The position numbers and the translations under genes were made by a program. A stretch of 54,682 nucleotides of DNA from an uncultured Clostridia bacterium (GTDB taxonomy: Bacteria > Bacillota > Clostridia > Christensenellales > Borkfalkiaceae). The notes under the pieces were generated by a model. The model made no database searches. It was not told the origin of the DNA and worked only from the letters and a program-made list of their open reading frames with translations. Numbering within the stretch: the first letter of the stretch is position 1; every line of letters begins with the position of its first letter. The stretch covers positions 1 through 54,682 of the forward strand of contig CANQRP010000001.1 of NCBI GenBank assembly GCA_947626305.1, read 5' to 3'. Below, piece by piece: positions 44,004 through 51,219 of the stretch.

Positions 44004-45470
44004 CTATTCTAACGTCCACAGGCTTTGCATGTTACTCATAAGAGTCTTAAGGTTGTTTATGGAAGTATCAAGATTTGTCTTCAAAGTATTAAACGCTTGA
44101 TTTTTACCCGTACCATTTACCTTCAAATCTTTGATCGTCGTCCACAGCGTATCCAATTCGCCGGAAAAATCTTTGAGTTGGTTGTAAAGCTGTTTGACCG
44201 CATCCAAAGAGACATCATTTTTATTGTCTGCAAACTTTTGCACGGTCGCGTTCGCCTTGGTCAGTGCGTTCTTCATAGCGGTTTCGACACTATCTGTTTT
44301 ATTGTTCCAATTACTCGAATCTGCTATAAACTTATTTATCGTCGACTGCAAATCCGAGACTTGCGCGGAGACGCTTTGCAAAAGTTCCTTTTGCTGCTCT
44401 TCGGGGCTCTTTTGGATGTGATACTTATGATTGACGGGGTCTTCGGCGATCATGTCGGCAGTGAGCCAATCGCCATAATGAAACAACATCTCCGTTGCAA
44501 CAAGCCCCTTATCATTCGAGCCGCCGTCCGCGATCGCTCTGCCCGGAACCATGAGGTAAGGATAGTAACGCGTTAAATCGCCCTTTTCGTTATAGGGGAA
44601 CACGTTGTTATAAATGCCGTTGTCCTGATCGATGTAAGCGTGGGTCGAAAAATTATACGATGACTTGTAGTCGTAGAAGAACTCACCGCCGATGTGATGA
44701 TGACCTTCTTCATCGTGTCGAAGGTTGCGGAGTTCCGTAGCGGAATAGATGCGGTGCCCCGAATCGTGCCCTTCCCAATCTGTTCCGAGGAGAAGATTGA
44801 GGTTATTTTTGCACTCCTCTATGGCGGACGCATCCGTACTGGTGCAAGTCAGCTTATATTCGAGAAGGTCGAGTGCGCCGTCCACCCCCGAATTGATCAC
44901 GTTTACGGCAGCAGAAATATCGTAGCGCACATCATCGAAAAGGTCGCGGAAGCCGCGCAGATCGCCATACGCGAGTTGATAACCGGTACCCTTTTGATAA
45001 TACCCGAAATCGTCTTTTTCCTTGTTATCGAGGAACTTCACCGCGTTGTCGGCTTTTACGTCCTTCACATTTACGGTCTCGCTTACTACTTTTCCGTCGT
45101 CCGTTTTGGTAATTTTGGTAACGGTTTCTTTATCGAAGAAATCGTAGAGAGCGTCATAAGCGTTGTACGCCGTTTTCGCCTGCGTGCGCAACTCTTCGAG
45201 GTTGGTCGTAGGCGGCTTTTTCGCAAGACCTTCTACAAGTGTTTGCAAATCTACCAACGCACTCCTTGCCGTTGCCGCCTTTTCTCCGCCCGTCTTTTTG
45301 ATCTCATCCAAAGGAGATTCGGTCCAATTTTCCGACGCTTTCGTAAATTCGTCGATATATGCTATCGCCGTAGAGAGCGTTGCCTTTTTTTGCTTTGCAA
45401 AAGTTCTTGGCGTCTTGCGTCGGTCAACGTCATCGAGTGGAGCACCTCGAGCAAACGGTTGTTCGTCCAA
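44004..45470 (-). CDS. fragment 4 of the giant pilus-associated protein (helical C-terminal region)
   Basis: 488-aa ORF whose only start is a TTG with no RBS. A convincing coding signal begins at the A7 tract 45385-45391. Same frame as fragments 1 and 2. Confidence 0.6.
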   Translation of the reverse strand: MDEQPFARGAPLDDVDRRKTPRTFAKQKKATLSTAIAYIDEFTKASENWTESPLDEIKKTGGEKAATARSALVDLQTLVEGLAKKPPTTNLEELRTQAKTAYNAYDALYDFFDKETVTKITKTDDGKVVSETVNVKDVKADNAVKFLDNKEKDDFGYYQKGTGYQLAYGDLRGFRDLFDDVRYDISAAVNVINSGVDGALDLLEYKLTCTSTDASAIEECKNNLNLLLGTDWEGHDSGHRIYSATELRNLRHDEEGHHHIGGEFFYDYKSSYNFSTHAYIDQDNGIYNNVFPYNEKGDLTRYYPYLMVPGRAIADGGSNDKGLVATEMLFHYGDWLTADMIAEDPVNHKYHIQKSPEEQQKELLQSVSAQVSDLQSTINKFIADSSNWNNKTDSVETAMKNALTKANATVQKFADNKNDVSLDAVKQLYNQLKDFSGELDTLWTTIKDLKVNGTGKNQAFNTLKTNLDTSINNLKTLMSNMQSLWTLE

Positions 45471-46504
45471 CGGTCGCGATAGTAATAGAACGTTTGCCTG
45501 CCCACCTCGTCCCCCTGAGACTGGTAATAGTTTTTCGACCGGTCGAGCGCAGTATGGAGCACCGATAAGTTATGGGTATACAAAAGCCCCGTCGTGTAAT
45601 TATTACCCGTGCCGAAAATTTTGTCAAGAAGCGCCTTGTCCGCAGCGGCATCTGTCGAGGTGCCGCCGATCAAACGACCGAGCGCGCCTTTTGCGAGATC
45701 GTAAAAATACATAAAGGTGCAGTTTATCCCTTCAATGCCGTAGTTTTCTTTTAATACCGGTCCATCGTTGCCCGAAGGATTTGACTCCCATTGTCTTTCG
45801 TCGCGGAGTGTGATCTTCACCTCCTGCAACTTTCCATCTTTATCGGTGTACTCCCACGTTCCGTCGTAAAGGCACTTCATCAGTTGGAGCATGGTGACAT
45901 TGGCATAGCGCGTCCGTCCTTCTTCCGGAGTTTGGCTTTTGTCGTATTCCTGCGTTTTGCCGGTATCTTGCCATGTCCGGAAATGTATTCCTTCATAAAT
46001 ACACCACTTGTCGATATAGAAATCTGTGCCTACTTTACTCCCATCGCTACCGTAATAGCCGCCTTTGTTATATTCTTGCTCCGATGCGGGGGAGAACGCC
46101 GTCTCCTTGCTGAATTGCTCGATCAGCCTTTCGTAATTGATCTTCAACTCTTCGAGGCTGTCACGCTGCCGCGCCCACATGAGTTTATCGCGGGTGGCAG
46201 AAATCAAGTCCGTTGTCGATGTGGAACCCGGAAGGGCATTCAAAAAGTCCTGTGCGATCTGTTTTGAATCTTCAAAATATTTGCTGTCCCGATAGGGGAT
46301 GCCTTTCTGCGGGAAGAAGTAGTTCTCGTTGTCGTATTGGAAGTCCGCGCCGAAGAAGAGGGCGCCGCCGAGACTATATTTTTTATCCTTACCATCTTCC
46401 TTCTTCCACTCTATTTGACTGCCGCTACTGATCGCCGACCCGGAATTCGACGTGAGCCACTTATAGCCGTCGCCCTCGAAGGTGCCGTAAATGGGCGTTG
46501 TCAC
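45362..46504 (-). CDS. fragment 3 of the giant pilus-associated protein
   Basis: 380-aa ORF with a GTG start and no RBS. The frame stays open and protein-like up to the TAA at 46568-46570. It is +1 relative to fragment 2. Confidence 0.6.
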   Translation of the reverse strand: MTTPIYGTFEGDGYKWLTSNSGSAISSGSQIEWKKEDGKDKKYSLGGALFFGADFQYDNENYFFPQKGIPYRDSKYFEDSKQIAQDFLNALPGSTSTTDLISATRDKLMWARQRDSLEELKINYERLIEQFSKETAFSPASEQEYNKGGYYGSDGSKVGTDFYIDKWCIYEGIHFRTWQDTGKTQEYDKSQTPEEGRTRYANVTMLQLMKCLYDGTWEYTDKDGKLQEVKITLRDERQWESNPSGNDGPVLKENYGIEGINCTFMYFYDLAKGALGRLIGGTSTDAAADKALLDKIFGTGNNYTTGLLYTHNLSVLHTALDRSKNYYQSQGDEVGRQTFYYYRDRWTNNRLLEVLHSMTLTDARRQELLQSKKRQRSLRR

Positions 46505-46538
46505 CTTGGCGCCGCCGGTTCCGATCGGGTCGCCGGCT

Positions 46539-47339
46539 TCATCGACCTCCGTTGCAATGCGATTTCCTTATTTCATCGAGCGAAAATGTCTGCAACGTGG
46601 AGTCCCATGTATACGAAGAGCCGGACCCTGTTCCGTAAATGACGGCGCAGTAATTATCGTACACGAGGAGCGCGGATTTCGTAATACCGCCCTGTTCGTC
46701 GATATACCCGATGAGCCCCGCGGCGCTCTGCGTGACATTTTCGATATGACCCGCCGTATAGCAACTGGTGATCTCATATCGGTCGCCTGTGTTATCGGAG
46801 TCCTCAAAAACAGTGCCGACGAGCCCGCCCACGCCCATTTCGTACACCTGCGAAATATAAGCCGTCATTCGCGACTTTACACTGGGGTTGACAAGCAGAA
46901 TGTTGTATAGATTATCTTTGTAAACATATCCGAACAGCCCCGCATAGAACGGAGCGTCCACTTTCAGATGCTTGATGGTGAGATAATTCCCCGCGTAGGT
47001 AAAGCCGGAGGGAAGGTTGATCGGCTCGAAGAGAATTTGATTGCCATAGTCGACAGCCGCCCCATTCTGCATCCAATCCTTGCATTGGAAATCGATCGCC
47101 ATCACCTGATTGGCTTGGGTGATCTCTTTGACGCACTTGCGATACTTATATTTTGGGCTTATTTCTTCGTCTCCGGCGTCATCTGTATAAAAATAACCTT
47201 TTCCGCGACTGACATCGCTGTATTTATAAGTTCCGTCCGGCTGCAATTCTTTTGTCGACAACCACTTTTCGTTGAATGCCGAATTCGGTTCGGTGAGTTT
47301 TGCGAGATTCTGCAAATGCCGTCCGCAGGCAATATCCAC
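46539..47339 (-). CDS. fragment 2 of the giant pilus-associated protein (GLUG-motif-like repeats)
   Basis: GTG start with no RBS. In frame with fragment 1 across a single TGA. Motifs AGLFGYV, VGGLVGTV, AAGLIGYI resemble GLUG adhesin repeats. Confidence 0.6.
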   Translation of the reverse strand: MDIACGRHLQNLAKLTEPNSAFNEKWLSTKELQPDGTYKYSDVSRGKGYFYTDDAGDEEISPKYKYRKCVKEITQANQVMAIDFQCKDWMQNGAAVDYGNQILFEPINLPSGFTYAGNYLTIKHLKVDAPFYAGLFGYVYKDNLYNILLVNPSVKSRMTAYISQVYEMGVGGLVGTVFEDSDNTGDRYEITSCYTAGHIENVTQSAAGLIGYIDEQGGITKSALLVYDNYCAVIYGTGSGSSYTWDSTLQTFSLDEIRKSHCNGGR

Positions 47340-47363
47340 CGAGCTACTACCGTAATTTTGAAA

Positions 47364-48113
47364 TCAGCCGTTGAACGTCACCGTGCCGGTCCGCGGCATA
47401 TAGGTAGGGTCGATCACTTGATTGGTCCCTTCGCCGCCGCTCACACAGAACACCGTCACCGCCACCTGCACGTTGTCTCCGAGTTTGATATAGCTGTCAT
47501 CGGTACCATCGAAAGCCTTCGTCAAATTCGCCCACTGTTCAAAGGTGCCCGAAGGGGTGTCGGAGAGTTTCGCTGCCGGCTCTGTCTTGGGCGTGTAGAA
47601 TACATTGTTGGGCGTATCGAGAATGAGCTTATATGTCTCGCCCATTTCAATGTTGGCGTCCTGCATCACAGCGTTCGTTCCCGTTCCGTATGTTTTGTAG
47701 ATCGCAGTGTCGTCGTAGGTGAGCCCACCCTCGCTGTAAGCTTTGAGATTTTCGTCCGCCATGGAAATGCGGAGCCCCAAAACCTTATTGAGCGCTTTCA
47801 GTTCCTGCACCTCGGGCAGATAAATGGAGAGCGTGAGCTGCTCGTAATTGGTGATGGTGAGCTGAGGCGTGGGAAGCTGCGCAAACGCAACGTCGCCGGT
47901 ATCTACCGAACCTTCGTAATAGCCCACCTTGTCCGTCTTGCGCCGAGCCAAATCATTTGCAAGGTTGTTCAAATAGGCTGTGGTGTATTCTTTGAATTTT
48001 TCTTGGCTCCAAAATACCTGCCCCACACTGCCCGTGTTCGCATAAAATCCAACGGCATAGTACCCCGCCGCCACATCGCTCTCGAGAGAACCGAAGGGCA
48101 ACAAATTGCTCAT
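47364..48113 (-). CDS. fragment 1 of the giant pilus-associated protein
   Basis: 249-aa ORF. Its ATG overlaps the pilin stop (ATGA), with only a distant weak SD. No signal peptide. A -1 shift in the A7 tract 48121-48127 would fuse it to the pilin module. Confidence 0.6.
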   Translation of the reverse strand: MSNLLPFGSLESDVAAGYYAVGFYANTGSVGQVFWSQEKFKEYTTAYLNNLANDLARRKTDKVGYYEGSVDTGDVAFAQLPTPQLTITNYEQLTLSIYLPEVQELKALNKVLGLRISMADENLKAYSEGGLTYDDTAIYKTYGTGTNAVMQDANIEMGETYKLILDTPNNVFYTPKTEPAAKLSDTPSGTFEQWANLTKAFDGTDDSYIKLGDNVQVAVTVFCVSGGEGTNQVIDPTYMPRTGTVTFNG

Positions 48114-48463
48114 ATGTGTATTTTTTTCCCATCCTCATCATAGCTGAACAAATAGCGATAGCCGCCCTCGTCCCCGCTGTCCGTGGAGAGGGAGGCGCCG
48201 CTGATGATAGAATTCTTCGGAGTAGCCTTTTCGCCGATCGTCAACAAAGAATCGAGCTGACCCGCCGTGCGCATCTCGGCAAAGCGGTTTTGAAGCGCGG
48301 TCGCAATGGATTCGGCGTTGCGGTCATATTCCACATGGTAGATCGTTTGCGGGTCGACAAACAAAAATGCGATCCCCGCAAGCAAGGCAATAATGGCAAC
48401 GACGATAAGCAATTCGGTCAAAGTAAAACCGCGTCTTTTTTGTAATTTTCAAGCGAGCTTCAT
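48110..48463 (-). CDS. prepilin-type protein whose leader is interrupted by an in-frame TGA at codon 5 (possible pseudogene, phase-off state or recoded)
   Basis: GGAGG-7nt-ATG AAG CTC GCT TGA AAA TTA CAA AAA AGA CGC GGT TTT ACT TTG ACC GAA reads MKLA*KLQKRRG|FTLTELLIVVAIIALLAGIAFLF. The ORF track starts at the TTG at 48421, which would remove the leader and the Gly-1/Phe+1 cleavage site. Confidence 0.65.
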
Positions 48464-48487
48464 ATCTGTGCCTCCGTTTGGGCTCGG

Positions 48488-48522
48488 TTTTTCAATGTTT
48501 TTAGCTGTTTTGAGATGTTTTT
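48488..48522. repeat. four T(4-5) tracts phased at exactly 10 bp in the leader of the pilin operon
   Basis: T-runs start at 48488, 48498, 48508 and 48518. The coding strand reads gaaaaacatctcaaaacagctaaaaacattgaaaaacc. Confidence 0.75.
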
Positions 48523-48564
48523 CACTGCTTGGGCGGGCGATCCGCCGCCTTCTATACAGAGTGA

Positions 48565-48593
48565 ATTATACTATAATATGCCGAAGTTGTCAA
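48565..48593 (-). promoter_or_regulatory. consensus sigma-A promoter TTGACA-17-TATAAT for the minor-pilin/adhesin operon
   Basis: Coding-strand read ccaTTGACAacttcggcatattatagTATAATtcac, ~100 nt upstream of the ATG at 48463. Confidence 0.65.
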
Positions 48594-48700
48594 TGGAAAT
48601 TACACAATTTATTGCCGCACGAGCGCGTGTTTCACACAATTATCATTTCCAGATGTGACTTTTTTTGAGAAAATGATCAGACGCTTAACATTTTTGCCAC

Positions 48701-48728
48701 AAAAAAAGGCTCTCCTCCTCGGAGAGCC
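48701..48728 (-). terminator. intrinsic terminator after the large GH16 gene
   Basis: Minus strand ggctctcc-gagga-ggagagcc followed by TTTTTTT. Confidence 0.8.
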
Positions 48729-48759
48729 CCTATTTGCGCGGCATGCCGCCGCCCGCAAC

Positions 48760-51204
48760 TCAATCTTTTTTGGTGAACAGGAAGTTGCCGACCGTCACGC
48801 TCGCGTCGTGGTCGTTTGTGTCCCCGCCCGCGGATGCCACGAAGATGAGGATGTTTCCCACCGCACCCTGCGCCATGGTCGCGTCATAGGTGATGGTGAG
48901 GGTAACTTCTTCGCCCGCGGCAAGCGTCACTTTCGTGCCGCCCCACGTCGTGTCGGTATACAGCCCCGTGCCGCCCGTGCAGGTCGCCGAGACGTTGGTG
49001 CAGTTGGTCGAGCTGTTATCTCCCGTGGAGACGGAAGTCGTGCCCTGTACGTCCACACGCACGGTGACGGCGGTATCTTTGTTGTTCTTGATCGTGACGG
49101 AGAAGGTGTTCTTTCCCGCCGCAAGGGTCGCACAATCGGCTGTGACGGGTTTATAGGTGTTGCCCTTGCCGGTGTAGCCGAGCGTCCACGACTTGTTCTC
49201 CGCGCCCGCCGTTGCGGTGCAGCCGCTGTTTGCCTCTGCGGTGAAGGTGAGCGCCGCGGGCTCTCCTGCGGGAACGTCGGGTTCTACGGGCATATAGCTG
49301 CCCTCGCCTTCGAATGCCATTTCGGAGAGCAATACGTCGCCGTCGTACGTGTTCTTATCCTGGTCGACGGAGCTGTCGAAAAAGAGTTTGACCTTGGTGG
49401 GTCCTTCCGCCGTGGTGTACGTCACTTTGCAGACCGCGGTCGCGCCCGCCTCGATCTCGAATTTGGAGCCGCCCCATGTCGTATCGGTGTACATCTCGCT
49501 GCCGTCCTGCGTTGCGGAGACGTTGCAGCAGGAGGTATGCTCTTTCTGCGTTTCGCTCTCGATGTCGACGCGGAAGACGAGTTTGCCCGTTCCGTTGTTG
49601 GTCACTTTGACGGAGAACACGTTCTTGGTGCGGGCGATTGTTTTGACGTCCGCCCAGATGTTTTTATAGCTGCCGCCCGCGAGTTTCGCATAGGCAACGC
49701 GCATCGTGTTCGCCGTCGTATCGGTGACGATCACATATTCTCCCGCCTCGGTATTGCCCACGAACGTGAGTTTCGCGCCGTTTACGGTGATCCCTTGGTT
49801 GTTTGCTTCGGGGAGTTCGGGCGTTTCGCCGCCCTCGTCGCCCGCGCCGAATTTGAGCTCGGAGAGGGTGAGATCGCCGCTCTTTGCCTCGGTGTTGCCG
49901 TAGATGGCGGAGTCGATCATGAGCTGAAGTTTATTCGCAACGCCCTCGTAGAGCACGACGCATTCCGCCTCTTCCCCGGCTTCGAGGTCGAAGTAGGAAC
50001 CTCCCCATTCGAGGTCCGTTCTCACGGTGACGCCGTCCTGCGTGGCCGACTTGTTGACGGCGGAATTTTGCGCGCCCGCGGCAAGCTGTTCGTCGTTTAC
50101 GAGATTGAATCTGACATTAACAGGCGCCGTGCCGTTGTTCTTGATCTTGAGATGCGCGGCATTCTTGCCCGCAGCGCTCTCGGTGACGTCCATCTCGATG
50201 TTGTGATAGTTGGTGGTCACGCCCTCATAGGTGATGTCTGCGGACTTCTTATCCGCTGCGGGAGTGACGACATACTCTTCCGCGCTCTCAAAGCCGAGCT
50301 CCTGCGCTTCTACCTTGCTCCAATCGAGCGTTTCGCCTGCGGGCGGAGTGGGAGTATCGGGCTTGTCCGGATAGGGATCGCCCATGGGCGGATTGACCTT
50401 CGTTGCGGAAGTCTTTACCCATTCATAGTCGGCCGTCTTGCCGTCGGGACCCGCAAACTTGCCCATCCAACCCTCCGAGGTGGCGGTGCCGCTCCAATAG
50501 TTCATGAGGATCCTGCCCGCGGTGTGGGGGAAGTCCTTGCCCTCCGTCTTATCGATGCGATAGACGGGCTTGCCGTCCACGAACCATGTGATATAGTTCT
50601 CCGCCCAGCGGAAGCCGTAGTTGTGAAATTCTTCGCTCGCGTCAAAGCCGAGTTTATACATAAACTCATGCCCGCCCTTGCTGTTTGCGAAGTAGTTGAA
50701 CTGCACCTGCGTCGTATCCTTTCCGAGGAACTCGATATCGATCTCGTCCCACGGATTTTCCACGCCCTCGGGGGTCTTGTCGTAGGGTCCCGTGCAAACG
50801 AAGAAGGTGCTCGCCGTGCCGACGGACGTCGAGGGTTTCATGCGAACTTCATAGTCGCCGTAGCCGTAGTAATAGCTCGTGCGGAGCTCGCCGCCGAGAT
50901 AGCCCTCTCCCTCGGGTTTGTTTTCCGCGGGGTTTTCGGAGATGGCGAGGTGCGCCTGTCCGCCCGAGAAGGTCACTTGGGAAGCCGTCCAACGGGCGTT
51001 GAACGGGTCGCCGTTCGTCCAGCCGTCCGAAGCGAACTGCACTTTTTCGCCGGGATCGCCCGCGGAATAGTCCGCAAGCATGCTGCCGGAGAGCGCCTTG
51101 TCGGTGAGCCCCTCCTGTTTGCCCTCCGGTTTGCAAGCCGCAAACGCAAAGCTCATACAGACGGTGAGCGCCAACGAGAGTGCGGCAAAAGATTTTGCTT
51201 TCAT
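48760..51204 (-). CDS. multimodular GH16 beta-glucanase (lichenase/laminarinase-like) lipoprotein with three carbohydrate-binding-like modules
   Basis: Lipobox LTVCMSFAFAAC. GH16 catalytic block NPWDEIDIEFLGKDTTQVQFNYF. Three ~150-aa repeated beta-sandwich-like modules. Strong terminator downstream. Confidence 0.9.
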   Translation of the reverse strand: MKAKSFAALSLALTVCMSFAFAACKPEGKQEGLTDKALSGSMLADYSAGDPGEKVQFASDGWTNGDPFNARWTASQVTFSGGQAHLAISENPAENKPEGEGYLGGELRTSYYYGYGDYEVRMKPSTSVGTASTFFVCTGPYDKTPEGVENPWDEIDIEFLGKDTTQVQFNYFANSKGGHEFMYKLGFDASEEFHNYGFRWAENYITWFVDGKPVYRIDKTEGKDFPHTAGRILMNYWSGTATSEGWMGKFAGPDGKTADYEWVKTSATKVNPPMGDPYPDKPDTPTPPAGETLDWSKVEAQELGFESAEEYVVTPAADKKSADITYEGVTTNYHNIEMDVTESAAGKNAAHLKIKNNGTAPVNVRFNLVNDEQLAAGAQNSAVNKSATQDGVTVRTDLEWGGSYFDLEAGEEAECVVLYEGVANKLQLMIDSAIYGNTEAKSGDLTLSELKFGAGDEGGETPELPEANNQGITVNGAKLTFVGNTEAGEYVIVTDTTANTMRVAYAKLAGGSYKNIWADVKTIARTKNVFSVKVTNNGTGKLVFRVDIESETQKEHTSCCNVSATQDGSEMYTDTTWGGSKFEIEAGATAVCKVTYTTAEGPTKVKLFFDSSVDQDKNTYDGDVLLSEMAFEGEGSYMPVEPDVPAGEPAALTFTAEANSGCTATAGAENKSWTLGYTGKGNTYKPVTADCATLAAGKNTFSVTIKNNKDTAVTVRVDVQGTTSVSTGDNSSTNCTNVSATCTGGTGLYTDTTWGGTKVTLAAGEEVTLTITYDATMAQGAVGNILIFVASAGGDTNDHDASVTVGNFLFTKKD

Positions 51205-51219
51205 ACTGTTCCTCCTGAT

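Noticed and set aside
45385-45391. Canonical X XXY YYZ -1 programmed frameshift heptamer (dnaX-like A AAA AAG)
   Set aside because: In the zero frame the tract is phased as C|AAA|AAA|AGG (and G|AAA|AAA|ATA at 48121-48127). The classical tandem-slippage register is therefore not met, and only single-tRNA or transcriptional slippage, or DNA-level tract variation, would work. It is reported as a homopolymer junction, not as proven PRF.
47364-47366. Selenocysteine or an alternative genetic code (TGA as sense) as the explanation for the in-frame TGAs at 47364-47366, 48449-48451 and 46539-46541
   Set aside because: TGA clearly terminates housekeeping genes here (deoB, deoC, the ABC ATPase, pilN), often in ATGA overlaps with the next start. 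No SECIS-like stem-loop follows either in-frame TGA, and a Sec in a pilin leader has no precedent. Context-dependent readthrough is kept only as a hypothesis.
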